Part shown: piece by piece, positions 1-14,502 of the stretch | Layout: every line of letters begins with the position of its first letter | Position numbering within the stretch: position 1 is the first letter of the stretch | Assembly (NCBI RefSeq): GCF_009914755.1 | Contig: NC_060945.1 | Strand: one strand, 5' to 3' | Origin: the human T2T-CHM13v2.0 reference genome, Homo sapiens | DNA length: 64,000 nt | Translations under genes and position numbers: made by a program | Notes under the pieces: model-generated | The model's input: only the letters and a program-made list of their open reading frames with translations | What the model was told of the DNA's origin: nothing | The model's database searches: none

Positions 1-1018
1 CAAGCAATCCTCCAACCTTGGCCTCCCAAAGTGCTGGTATTACAGAGTCAATATCAGCAATAAAGGGCTGCTAAGATGAATTGTTAAATTAGGAAATATG
101 ATTATATCTTATATTTATAAATACATGAGGTTGGTTTTCCAAGGGTTATTAATGATTATTATTTTCATTAATATAGATATGAAATTTCATAAAGGAATTA
201 AAGATTATTAATAATGTGACCAGTATTGAAGTCAAAGGAAGATTTATATAATCAATAGCCTGTGAATAAATGTATCTTCTGGTGTGTGTATGTGAAGTGT
301 GGTGGTATAATAAAAATACACACACACACAAAATTTAATTTTTACAAAAAGCGAATGAAATATATTTTGTGTTGAGAAGTTTGTGAAATCCTTACAATTT
401 TTTTGAGACTCCCAGAATGGTGGTCGGACAGTATAGCATGATGGTGGACAGTATGGGTTTTGGGGCCAGACTTCTGCAAAACCTCAGTTAGTACCTTACA
501 AACCCTTCCTTCCTTGCTTGGTTTGCCATGCTTCAAACATAAAATTGTATCTAGACTTTTGGCTACAGGGGATTAAAAGATGTTTATTAGGAGGTCACAA
601 ATACAAATTTTCTCTTCCATGTCTGACTATTTTCTTTTTGTTCTAAGAGTTTTGATAAAGTTGCTTGGAATACTCAGATTGCATGATTACACACAGTTGG
701 AGTCCTACAAAAAATTTCATGAAGGAATTGAGGATTATTAATCATGTGATCCATATTGAAGTCAAAGAAGATCTATATGACGAATAGCCTGTAAATGTAT
801 CTTCTGGTGTGTGTGTGTGAAGTGTGGTGGTATGATAGAAAAATCCTCAGTAATTATGTCTCTATTTATAAACTCTTCAGACTGAAGGTACTGGAGGACT
901 TTGTTATTTAAATTAAATTTATGTGTAGCTTTTTTTTTTTTTGGAAATGCAATACTCATCCCCTAAATTACATGTTCTGTAAGTTTTTTTTATGTTGCAT
1001 TAAAAAAAATATGGTAGG

Positions 1019-1318
<300 letters not shown>

Positions 1319-1442
1319 TGATATGGTAGGATAATGACATGAGAGTGACTCCTATCTAATGTTTGAAACATATCCTTACTGTTTGCATTGAAAGCAATGA
1401 TAACTCTGGGTACCACTACAACAATATTAAAATGAAAAAAGG

Positions 1443-1755
1443 GGCCAGGCGCAGAGGCTCACGCCTGTAATCCCAGCACTTTGGGAGGAAAGGCAGGCGG
1501 ATCACCTGAGGTCAGGAGTTTGAGACTAGCCTGGCCAACATGGCAAAGCCCTGTCTCTACTAAAAATACAAAAAAATTAGTCGGGTGTGGTAGATAGCAC
1601 GTGCCTGTAATCGCAGCTACTCAAGAGGCTGAGTCATGAGAATTGCTTGAACCCAGTAGGCGGAGGTTGCAGTGAGCCAAGATCACGCCACTGCATTCCA
1701 GCCTGGGTGACGGAGTGAGACTGTCTCAAAAAAATAAAAATAAAAAATAAAAAAA
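1443..1755 (+). mobile_element. AluS
   Basis: Full dimer with an (A5T)n tail. Confidence 0.95.
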
Positions 1756-2313
1756 GGAAAAGTCAACTTCTAGAAGTAACATGGCTAGCAGGCTAGTGGA
1801 GGTATTTTATACAACCTTCCAGACCACATACAAGTGGGCCGGACCCCCTCCTTAATTACTTATATGCCTGTGTGTGTTTCTGCAGAACTCATCTTGTTTC
1901 CTTCCCCAAAGTACTTGAAGTGTCTCCCTAAATAATTGGCTAGATGTAGGGCCAAGGCCAAATTCTTTCATTATATATATATATTTTCTTTTTCGTAAAG
2001 TCTCAAGTTCCTTTTTCTTCATTCTCACTTCTACCATTTGGGCTTGGGACTTATTACTTGAGATCTTGGTTGATGCAATATTGTAACTAGTTTCCCTGCC
2101 TAGGGTTTCTTGTTGCTAGAAAATGACAGCCAGTTCTTGGCATAGATTTCAAGACCTCCCTGGGGATGCCTTGGAACCTCTGTAGAACTTCCAATCTCAT
2201 CCCTCAACTTCAGCTACATTGGCCTCCTCACTTCTCCCGGGGCAGGAGGTGGGTCCTCCAGTCACTGAGCCCCTGTTCACACCAAGCTCTTGGCCTAACA
2301 GGCCCCTTTCTTC

Positions 2314-2594
<281 letters not shown>

Positions 2595-2626
2595 GAGTCA
2601 ATATCAGCAATAAAGGACTGCTAGGA

Positions 2627-2733
2627 GGAAAATTGCTCGAACTCGGGAGGTGGAGGTTGCAGTGAGCCTAGATCACACCATTGCACTCCAGCCCGGGTGA
2701 CAGTGCGAGACTCCATTTAAAAAAAAAAAACAA
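2627..2733 (+). mobile_element. 5'-truncated Alu right-arm fragment
   Basis: Last ~90 nt of an Alu plus A tail, flanked by TSD actgctagga (2617-2626 and 2734-2743). Confidence 0.9.
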
Positions 2734-3946
2734 ACTGCTAGGATACATTGTTAAATTGGGAAATATGGTAATATCTTATATTTATAAATACATGAGCTTG
2801 GTTTTCCAAGGATTGTTAATGATCGTTATTTTCATTAAGACTTTACTGAAGTGGAAATTCATTTTGCAACATGTCTTTTCCCAAACAGTCTTTATTTTCA
2901 AGCAAGATATATTGGGCCAAGTGAATTTGACCCAAGTAGTTAGCTCTCCATTTTTTGATGATTCTGTTGAGAATTTCTTTCTCATTATTTCATAAAGTGT
3001 AGCTGATTATGTTGCCTCTAGCTTGGCTGGCGTAAGCTAGATGCAAAGAGATACGCTAACTAAGGTATTTTAAAAGACAGTTTTTCTTTATTGGAGTCGT
3101 TCAGACACTGCTTAAGGTTTGAACTCCAAACTGAACTTCTCTCTCATCTCCAGAGGAGGTCTCCCTGGATCAAGTTTGGGAGAAATTGTCTTAAGAGGCG
3201 TGATGAGAAGAGTTGCTGAAACTGTTATTTTAAATCATATCTGTTGGATGGAGAAAGAGAGTCAAACATTTTCTAGGATTATAAACTCAGCATTGGCTGA
3301 ATCCAATTTAAAGAATCGCTTCTGGCTTATGACCAATGATGTACGAGAGGTTTGTTATATTTTTACTGATTTTTTTTTTCTTCTCCGTGTGAAAAAGGTG
3401 GGAAGGACTTTCTTGAAAGCTTTGAAAAATTACCAAGAATTCTGATATCTTTAAAGAACTCCTGCTATCATTTTTATCTAATTCTTTCTAGGCCTTTTGC
3501 ATGTGAATAGACATTTTAATATAATTGCATATACAGTAACATGGAATGTATAACATGATTTTTTCCGTAAATATTATAAGCATTTTTCTACAACATACCT
3601 AGCTTTTTGTGTATGTAATATGAAAGTCATTGAAATGAGATATAGACATTTTATGGCTTTTGAAATCTATCACCAAATTTAGAAAAAATAAAATAAAAAA
3701 ATGAAATCTATTACCAAATTGTTTGACAGAAATTTTTAAAAGTATATTATTAAGCTACAATCAACTGTAAAGTTTGCTTTGTTCCAGATAAAGCATTTTA
3801 TCTCATCCAGTAGAGAAACCACTTATTTATTTTTTTGGTATGAAATATTGTATTGGGTACTTTGGTGTTTAGAAGATTAACTGAAATGTCAGAAAAATAG
3901 ACAGACTCTTAGAAAAGTCAGATTGAAGAATGTTTTATTTATTCAT

Positions 3947-4147
3947 TTTAATTTTTATTTTTTAATTTCAATATGTTTTTGGGGCACAGGTGGTGCTTGG
4001 TTACATGAATAAGTTCTTTAGTGATGATTTCTGAGATTTTGGTACACCTGTCACCCAAGCAGGGTACACTGTACACAATGTATATTCTTTTATTCCTCAC
4101 TCCTCTCCCACCCTTTCCCGAGTCCCCAAAGTCCGTTGTATTATCCT
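3947..4147 (-). mobile_element. L1 3' end (L1PB-like)
   Basis: T-rich tail then ttggttacatgaataagttctttagtg...gtccccaaagtcc, typical of an L1PB 3'UTR. Confidence 0.8.
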
Positions 4148-4189
4148 TATGTCTTTGCATCCTCATGTTATATATATTTTTATAAACAA

Positions 4190-4480
<291 letters not shown>

Positions 4481-5880
4481 AGTTTTATTTGTTTTTAATT
4501 GACATGTAGTAATTGTACTTAGTTATGGGGTCTAGTGTAATGTTTTCATACATGGACACATTGTGTAATGATCAAATCAGTGTAATTAGCGTATTCATCT
4601 CCTCAAACATTTGTCATATCTTTGTGGTGAGAACATTCAAAATCCTCTCTTTTAGCTATTTTGAAGTGTACATCATTGTTAACTACAGTCACCCTACTGT
4701 GCAGGAGAACACCAGAAGTTATTCCTCCTGTCTAACTGTAACTATGTACTCACTGAATAACCCCTCCCCATACCCCTCTTCCTACCACCCTCCCCAACCT
4801 CTGGTAATCACTATTCTACTCTCTACATCAATGAGATCAACTTTTTTAGATTCCACATAGGAGCGCGATTGTGTGGTCTTTGTCCTTCTGTGCCTCACTT
4901 ATTTCATTTAACATCATGTCCTCCAGGTTCATCCATGTTGTTGCAAATGACAGGATTTCATTTTTTAAAATGGCTGAGTAGTATTCCATTGTATAGATAT
5001 ATCACATTAAAAAATCTATTCTTCTGCTGATGGACACTTGGACACGTAGGTTGATCCTATACCCTGGCTATTGCAATTCGGTGGTTTTCAGTATATTCAC
5101 AGAGTTGTGCAACCATCACCAACTTCACATTTCCTTCACCCCAGAAATAAATCTGGCACTCTTTGGCAGTTACGCCCCACTGACCCTTGACTTCTGGACT
5201 TTGGCAACCAATAATCTACTTTCTGTCTCTATGGATTTGCTTATTCTGGACATTTCATACAAATGGAATCATATAATATGTAATCTTTTGTGATTGGCTT
5301 TTTTCACTTAGTATAATGTTTTTAAGGTTCATCCACTTTGTATCATGCATCAGTACTTCATTCTTTTTATTGCTGAATAATATTCCATTGTATGAATATA
5401 TAATATTTTATCCTTTCATAGGCTAATGGACATTTAATCGGTTGTTTGCACTTCTTGGCTATTGTGAATAACGCTGCTATAAACATTTGTGTACAATTTT
5501 TGAGGTAGACCTATGTTTTCAATTCTCTTGAGTAGGTTCCTAGCAGTAGAATTGTTGGCTCATATTATAACTCAATGTGTAACCTTTTGAGGAACTGCCA
5601 GATTGTTTTCAAACGGGTTGACATTTTATATTCTTGCCAGCAGTGTATCAAGGTTCCAATTTTTCCACATCTTTGCCAACACTTCTTGTGCCTTTTAGAT
5701 TCTAGCCATCTCTAGTGGGTGTGAAACAATATGTCATTGTGGTTTTGATTTACAGTTCTCTGATGGCTAATGATGTTACACAGGTTCTCCTGTGCTTCAT
5801 TGGCCATTTCTATCTTTTCTTGGAGAAATATCTCAAAGATCTTTTGCCCATTTTTTAATTTGGTTGTCTTTTTGTTTCTG
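4481..5880 (-). mobile_element. Old L1 3' ends (L1MA-like, then L1MB-like)
   Basis: Hallmark L1M 3'UTR/ORF2-end text (aggttcatccatgttgttgcaaatgacaggatttca; ttgaggaactgccagattgttttc). Two abutting copies. Confidence 0.8.
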
Positions 5881-6313
5881 AGGTGAAAAATGTTACATAA
5901 TTTTAGTGTGTTCAGGCAAAACATCAGAAAGGGGTTTTCATATGAGGCTATCAAAATCAATGTGAGACTTATATTGTCATGTCTTTTTAAAATGTATAAA
6001 ATGATGATTGGGGAGTAACATCTCATCTAGGGGAACATATCAGGATGGGGCAAAAGGGTGCATATGTAATTTGCAAAGGCTTAAATTAAAATTAGTGCAA
6101 TTTTGATTTGTTTTTAGTCATATTTATTCTGAGATTTCTAATAACAGGAGATTTTAAGTTTTTTTTTTTATGTTTAACCAGAAGGATTTATTTCTTTAGG
6201 ATATTCCCAAAGGGAGAGGCTTTTAAACTGTGTTCTGAGGAGTCTCTCACAGATTCGGGAGGGAGAGGGTGTCAGGCAGGGGACTGTACCAAGATCAACC
6301 AGAGAAGGACCAA

Positions 6314-6613
<300 letters not shown>

Positions 6614-7296
6614 CAGAGAAGGACCAATTTTATCCCTTTTATTTGCATCCCTTCAGGGTATGACTTTCTTTGCAAAAGGATTCCACAGCAGGGTAACACT
6701 GAAAACCAAACCTCACTTTTATATACCTAAGATATTTTTCTTAAATATTTACTTAGCCTCTAGAAATTACATTTTCATTAACATAAATACACAGTAAATG
6801 GAGACATTTCTCCACAAGTGTTTGCAGGATATATAGTAATGTGGGGAAAAGTTCTATCTTCTCTTTCCTATGATGTCTGATATGAGTAAGATGCCTTCTG
6901 GGTAAGATATGAGATTTGAGTTCATTTTCCAGCTGTGGAGATGCACTTCCCAAGACTGACTTGGCTAGCAAGAATAGAAGACGGTGCCTGGCTTGTAACA
7001 GACTTTCAATAAATACTTGCTGAGCAAATGAGTAGAAGAGCAAAGGCCTGCCTCAGTTCTTTACTTTGTTTATGGAGACAGAGATGTAGCCAAAGGTATT
7101 CTTTCATTTTAGTACTTAGGTTTTTGTGAAATTTCAGTATCCCAGATGCCATCAGGCTGTGAGTTTAAGCTGTTAATGCCCCAATCACAATGATTTGGGT
7201 ATTTTACACCACATAATTAGGTGCAGCCCAGTCATTTAATGGGAATTTCATTCCCAAGTATTTCTACACCTAATTGTCTGCCCGAAACTATATTAA

Positions 7297-7422
7297 ATTT
7301 ATGCCTAGTGTTCCATTATTGGAACACTAAATGTGGGAGTTATTTATATCCTACTGCTCAAGGTCATTGCCAAGATCTGATTTTTCAAATTCAAAAAATT
7401 GCAACCTCAGGCATTAAGTGGG
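7297..7422. mobile_element. MER85 (piggyBac/PGBD3-family MITE)
   Basis: atttatgcctagtgttccattattggaac...ttgcaacctcaggcattaagtggg matches the recalled MER85 consensus. TTAA target sites at 7293-7296 and 7423-7426. Confidence 0.9.
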
Positions 7423-7613
7423 TTAAAAGGGACAGCATATTTACTCTTCTCAGTGAGAGCTCTTTTAAGTAGGTTTCCCTTGCTGAGGAAAGAGGCTCAA
7501 ATCCAATCTCTGGGGTAGCAGAGTGAAGAAACCTTTTGCTGTTCACTTTCTTCCTGTCCCAGGATTAATTCTTGTCAGGTTGATTGATAGTGGGAATCTC
7601 CACTTCCTTTAGG

Positions 7614-7833
7614 TGGTGGTTCTTAACCAGGAAATTCTCCACACCTGCCCCACCCTACATTGGCAATACTTAAGAGACATTTTTGGTTGGTGAGTGTAGG
7701 TTTGCTATTGACATCTAGTGAGTGAGGCCAAGGTTGCTGCTAGACTTCCTACAACGCCAATGTATAGACAGTGCCCAACGACAAAGAATTGCCTGGCCCA
7801 CAATGTCAGTTGTACCAAGGATGAGAAATCCTG
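7614..7833 (+). mobile_element. MER20 (hAT-Charlie)
   Basis: gtggttcttaacc...catctagtgagtgaggcc...caaagaattgcctggcccacaatgtc...gagaaatcctg. Confidence 0.75.
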
Positions 7834-9246
7834 CTTTGGAGCAAGTCTGACTTCCTCCTGCACGGGTGCAGTGTTGCCCTTTGCTTCCCAATAGATATTA
7901 GTACATTTCTTCATGCATTAAGCATTTGTACAGCTTCAACAACATAGTCTAGACTGAGCATTGGAAATCTCAGTTCAGTATCATTTATTATTCCTCCACC
8001 TGGATAAAATGAAGGTAGACTTTGACATCCTTTCTGTCATCTTGAGGCATTGACTCCTTCTGTCCTGCGTATGAATGCTTTTACTCAGACATAAGTCTCT
8101 CAAGATCCACCAACAATACAGTCTAAATCCCTATTTAAAAGTAAAATTCTCCCTATGATAAAGGTATTTTATTATATTATTTCCCCAAATTCTTTAGCTC
8201 ACTGGGGCCAAACTGTCTAGAATTTTGCCTTTCCCAAATAAAAGTCCCTAGTTAACTTTGAAAGGGCCAAGATCCCTTGTAGTGGTCTCCTCAGCACAGA
8301 GAAATATTTATTCCAGTGATGGATCCATGTCTCAAACTCCTGCAATGTAAAGAATCTCCTTAATTTTGGAATTAATTTCCATAAAGTTTGAAAGTTTTCT
8401 TAACCAATTGACTTGGACTTTCCCTTCCCCTATTTGTTTAGTAACTAAAAACCTTTCCAGGCATGTGGCTTAGGATGGAGGCAACAGATGAGCTATGGTG
8501 GACTCCAAAGTTATGACCTTTTAGGCTATTGAATGGCGTCATGTGGAAAGCTATGTTACAGATTCATGACTGCAGAAATAAGATCTCTCTAACTGTGGTC
8601 TTCTACCCCCATATTACATTACACTGAAGGAAACGATACAAATAGAACCAATAAATCAAAGGCAGAACCACATTCTAGCCTATAATACATATTGATTTGT
8701 TCTTCAGATCATCTATTTATAAGATTGTTTTTGTAGCTTGATGTGCCAAGGTTTAACTATGAATTGCTAATGGATGAGCATAAATATGTCTATATAAATA
8801 GGTCCTGGACAGGAAACAATAGACATTTTGACAGTTTTCATTGGATGTCTGTATAATTACTTATCAAATACATGACACTAATTTAGAAACATATCCGCTG
8901 AGTCTTCTGGGTTCCAGTAAAGAATAAATTATTATTGACTTTCTCCAATGCAAGATCAGACTAGATAATTTAGACTATTCTTTCAAATTGTAAAAATCTA
9001 TGATTTTGTGATTTTTTATCTCTGACAATCAAAATTAATGACAGATAGCTTCAGGAGTTTTACATGAGGTTAGATATGGAGCCAGGGAAATAGCCATTGT
9101 TATCCCCATTACCACCACCTCCCAGACTGTGATTTGAAAGTAAAGTCCACCTAAATCATTTATATGACACAAGTAATTTGAAGAGAAAAATAGAACAGGA
9201 ATAGATGATCTGTTTGATGCATAGGGGATTTAAAGCATGTCTCTCT

Positions 9247-9552
9247 CTTTCTCTTTTTTTTTCTTTTTTTTTGGAATGGAGTCTCACTCTGTCGCCCAGG
9301 CAGGAGTGCAGTGATGTGATCTCGGCTCACTGCAGCTCCACCTCCCAGGTTCCAGCGATTCTCCTGCCTCAGCCTCCCGAGTAGCTGGGATTACAGGCAC
9401 ACACCACCATGCCTCGCTAATTTTTGTATTTTCGGTAGATACAGGGTTTCACCATGTTGGCCAGGCTGGTCTCAAACTCCTGACCTCAAGTGATCTGCCC
9501 GCCTCGGCCTCTCAAAGTGCTGGAATTACAGGTGTGAGCCTCTGTGCCTGCC
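9247..9552 (-). mobile_element. AluS
   Basis: Full dimer on the minus strand. Confidence 0.95.
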
Positions 9553-10150
9553 TCTTTTTTTTTTTTTTTTAATTTATATAGGCTTTACTCATTAATGTTT
9601 AAAAATAATTACATGAGGAATTTTACTAATTAATATTTAATTATTGACATTTACTACCTAAGCTATGCTTAGGGACACAAAACTCTAAACATTTAATCAG
9701 AAGATAGGCTTGATTTCTGGCTCACTCTTATTAGCTATGTGACTTTTTCCTTTAAATGGAGCACTTTCAGTTTCTATTTCCTCATTTTTAAAACATAAAT
9801 TACTGTATCTCTGAGCTACCTTTTTCTTCAATTATTTATTCAGTAAGTATTTATTGTGAGCCTATTCTATTCTAAACAGCATGGAAGATCCAAAAATCAG
9901 TAACAGCCCAAAGGAACTTTGTTTATATGCGTATCAGTGATGTACCTTATCTTCCAGTTTTGGACACTTTCTAACGTCTGGTTTTGCTCAGTGGACACCA
10001 AAGTGGGTATCCAAGGCAGGCCATTGGGTGCAGGAAGAAAATACTAGAACTTTTATCCTTATTTACTCCTTGTCTTTTTTTCAGGATAACTGCATTTTGA
10101 TAGTTTCAAACTTAGAGAAAAATTGCAAAAGTAGTATAGAGAACTCCCAA

Positions 10151-10504
<354 letters not shown>

Positions 10505-12301
10505 TTATTCTTCCTCCCACGACAGTACTGGGGTTTTCTTTCTCTCATACACACACATATACATATATACATATGTGTATGTATATATGTGTGTAAATAC
10601 ATGTATGTATACGTATGCATATATGTGTCATCATGCTCCACATTGCCCTAAACACTTCAGTAAGTATAGTCTAAAACAATAACATTCTCTCATTTAACCA
10701 TGGTATAATAATTAAAATCAAGAAATTTAGCATTGATATATTATTATTATTTAATTCACAGTCCATATTCAAATTGCATCAATTTCCCAATAATGTTCTT
10801 CAAAACTATTTTTTTTTCAGTTCAGAATAGCACATTGCCTGTGTTGTCATTTTCTTTTTTTTTTTTTTTTTTTTTGGTTTCTTTAAATACGGAGGAGTTC
10901 TTAACATTTTTAAAGATACAGGTTAACAATTTTGTAGAATTTCCCTGAATTTGATTTGGTCTGTATGATTAGATATAGAGTGTACATTTTTGGCAGGAAT
11001 ACCACAGAAATGATGTGTGTTTCACAGTGCATGTGATGTCTATTTATCTCATGACTAGCAGTGTCAACTTTGGTCATTTGGTGAAAGTGGCCTTCCAGTT
11101 TTCATCACACATTTCCCTTTTCAATTAAGTAATTTGTAGGAGACACTGAGGTTATGTAAATATTTTGTTCCTTATCAGACTTTCACCCCCCAGGTTTAGC
11201 ATCCGGTCTTATCCTGTTACATATCCATATTTGGGTATGCTTTATAATGTATGTAATATATTGGCAGGTATATAATTTATGAATGAATATGCAGACATAC
11301 GTAGAAGTAGTTTGGGTTTGTGTTCAATTTTTTTTAACCAATAGTATTATATAATAAAACATGTTTGGAGACCTAATTGAATGAGATGGTCAGGCTGTTT
11401 TCTAGCTCTGGATTATTGAAACATTACAGGTTGTGTTTTGATGAGCAACCCCCCCCTCCCCCCGCCCCTTGTTCCCAGTGGCCACAGGCTTATTTCCAAT
11501 ATAAACTTGAATATTATTGCTTTTCAGGAATATATGTATTTTCCTTTCTTCTTTTCATATTATGTAGTGTCAGATCAGTATCTGATCAGTGGAAGAAGGA
11601 AGAGGAGAGGCTTTTAGAAATGTAGCCAACTGTAGTGATGAAAGAATGTAAGGAAGATAGTATTTGCATGTATTTTATGCTAAAGCAATGTTATTACTAC
11701 TTTAAAACAGGGGTTCAAAACTGTTTCCTAGGAACACAACTGTAAAACATCAGGAGCTTTTCAGGGTAGGGGGAACCTAGGAGGAGAAGCCTTGGGACTG
11801 AGACTGGTGGCAGTGTGTCCTAAGCTTTGGTCATTTGGGTACAACTTCTGTGAATGATCATGAAGTAAGTTCCAGATACTTCCACATCTACATTATTATT
11901 GACTCAAACTTTTTTTGTAAGTCATCTTTATGTAGATCTTCTTTTAATTAGCCTCCTTTTAGGGCACAAGATCTTTGAAATCATATGTTAGATGCGTTGG
12001 TTTATATTTAAAAATACACATTAATTTAATTCAAAAGTCTAATGAAGCTTTCAGTACAACCTACAATCATCTAATGCTAACACCAGCAGTACAAAGCCTT
12101 CCCTTTGGAAAGCTCATCTAGAAAACTATGTATCTGAAGGTCATTTACCAACTGTTTTTTGCCCTACAGAGGAGGAAGAAATGTAAGGCAAAGGAGAATT
12201 CAGTTAGATTTTGTCTAGGTTAGGATTACCTGACCTCCATGATGGAGACAGACCTGGTATCCTTTGGGTTATCATGTTTATTAAATCTACACATGGACTG
12301 A

Positions 12302-12625
<324 letters not shown>

Positions 12626-13325
12626 TAATGTGTATTTAAATCAATGAATTATTTACAACTATTAACTAAGAACTAAGTTTCTTTAAAGTGTTTTCATTAC
12701 AATTTTCCTACAGTAGCTTCAGCCTGCTTCCTCAATTCTGGAGTCACGTCAGCATCAAATGTGGACACAGTTTTGTTAATTTGGGCTGCAATATATATGT
12801 AAGGATTAGGGAAAGACATAGGAGGTAATATCTACAAGGACAGAGTTGGGATTCTGTAGTTCAAAGAAGTCTATTGGAGATTTGTTCAACTCAGATGTAG
12901 GAAACAAAGGAAGATAACAACTGAATTTGGGGGACAAAGACTCAGCCAAGAGAAAACTATAGTTGTCCTCTCTACAAGACAATAGGCAGCATCTTAAATT
13001 ATGAAAAATTTTACACAGATATTTTTCTAAATTATTTTTACAATTTTCTGTATTTTTAAAATGATCATGTTTTTGACTACTAAAGAACCTATGGGACTTT
13101 TGGTGTATGGTTAGTATTTTGGAAGTGTCTAGTCGAGGTGCTAGAATAAAGGTATATAAAATTTGCAAAGCTGGACAAATAAAAGTCATTGGAGGCAAGT
13201 AGAGATGGGAAAAAATTCAGAACAGCAGAATGAATCATTCTACTTCCATCATGCTATTACTGAATAATTTAATTTGCTTGCATTGAATTCTGTGCTTCTT
13301 CCTGCCCTTTACCCCGAATCTTCAG

Positions 13326-13506
13326 GAAGGAGCTCATTGCCAAGTTAGATCAGGCAGAAAAGGAGAAGGTGGATGCTGCTGAGCTGGTTCGGGAATTCGA
13401 GGCTCTGACGGAGGAGAATCGGACGTTGAGGTTGGCCCAGTCTCAATGTGTGGAACAACTGGAGAAACTTCGAATACAGTATCAGAAGAGGCAGGGCTCG
13501 TCCTAA
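13326..13506 (+). CDS. MAP3K7CL: Terminal coding exon of MAP3K7 C-terminal-like protein (TAK1-like, C21orf7)
   Basis: After the acceptor there is one carried-over base (G). Codons from 13327 read KELIAKLDQAEKEKVDAAELVREFEALTEENRTLRLAQSQCVEQLEKLRIQYQKRQGSS, then TAA at 13504-13506. This aligns with the TAK1 C-terminus ([59 protein letters not shown]). The exon is CpG-rich relative to its flanks. Confidence 0.93.
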
Positions 13507-14502
13507 CTTTAAATTTTTCAGTGTGAGCATACGAGGCTGATGACTGCCCTGTGCTGGCCAAAAGATTTTTATTTTAAATGAATAGTGAGTCAGATCTATT
13601 GCTTCTCTGTATTACCCACATGACAACTGTCTATAATGAGTTTACTGCTTGCCAGCTTCTAGCTTGAGAGAAGGGATATTTTAAATGAGATCATTAACGT
13701 GAAACTATTACTAGTATATGTTTTTGGAGATCAGAATTCTTTTCCAAAGATATATGTTTTTTTCTTTTTTAGGAAGATATGATCATGCTGTACAACAGGG
13801 TAGAAAATGATAAAAATAGACTATTGACTGACCCAGCTAAGAATCGTGGGCTGAGCAGAGTTAAACCATGGGACAAACCCATAACATGTTCACCATAGTT
13901 TCACGTATGTGTATTTTTAAATTTCATGCCTTTAATATTTCAAATATGCTCAAATTTAAACTGTCAGAAACTTCTCTGCATGTATTTATATTTGCCAGAG
14001 TATAAACTTTTATACTCTGATTTTTATCCTTCAATGATTGATTATACTAAGAATAAATGGTCACATATCCTAAAAGCTTCTTCATGAAATTATTAGCAGA
14101 AACCATGTTTGTAACCAAAGCACATTTGCCAATGCTAACTGGCTGTTGTAATAATAAACAGATAAGGCTGCATTTGCTTCATGCCATGTGACCTCACAGT
14201 AAACATCTCTGCCTTTGCCTGTGTGTGTTCTGGGGGAGGGGGGACATGGAAAAATATTGTTTGGACATTACTTGGGTGAGTGCCCATGAAAACATCAGTG
14301 AACTTGTAACTATTGTTTTGTTTTGGATTTAAGGAGATGTTTTAGATCAGTAACAGCTAATAGGAATATGCGAGTAAATTCAGAATTGAAACAATTTCTC
14401 CTTGTTCTACCTATCACCACATTTTCTCAAATTGAACTCTTTGTTATATGTCCATTTCTATTCATGTAACTTCTTTTTCATTAAACATGGATCAAAACTG
14501 AC
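13507..14502 (+). other. MAP3K7CL: MAP3K7CL 3'UTR
   Basis: Repeat-free AT-rich sequence after the stop, with AATAAA at 14052-14057 and 14153-14158 and ATTAAA at 14480-14485 followed by a T-rich downstream element. The end position is an estimate. Confidence 0.8.
14480..14485 (+). terminator. Distal poly(A) signal ATTAAA
   Basis: ATTAAA with upstream TGTA and T-rich elements and downstream gtttctagtttgctcctttctt. It is the last signal before the repeats resume. Confidence 0.65.

Noticed and set aside
3119-3445. 108-aa ORF in unique intronic DNA with a possible acceptor near 3153
   Set aside because: Non-ATG start, no recognisable homology, and only a weak downstream donor. Not supportable as an exon.
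13334-13561. Minus-strand ORFs of 75 and 61 aa
   Set aside because: Antisense shadows of the real + strand MAP3K7CL exon.
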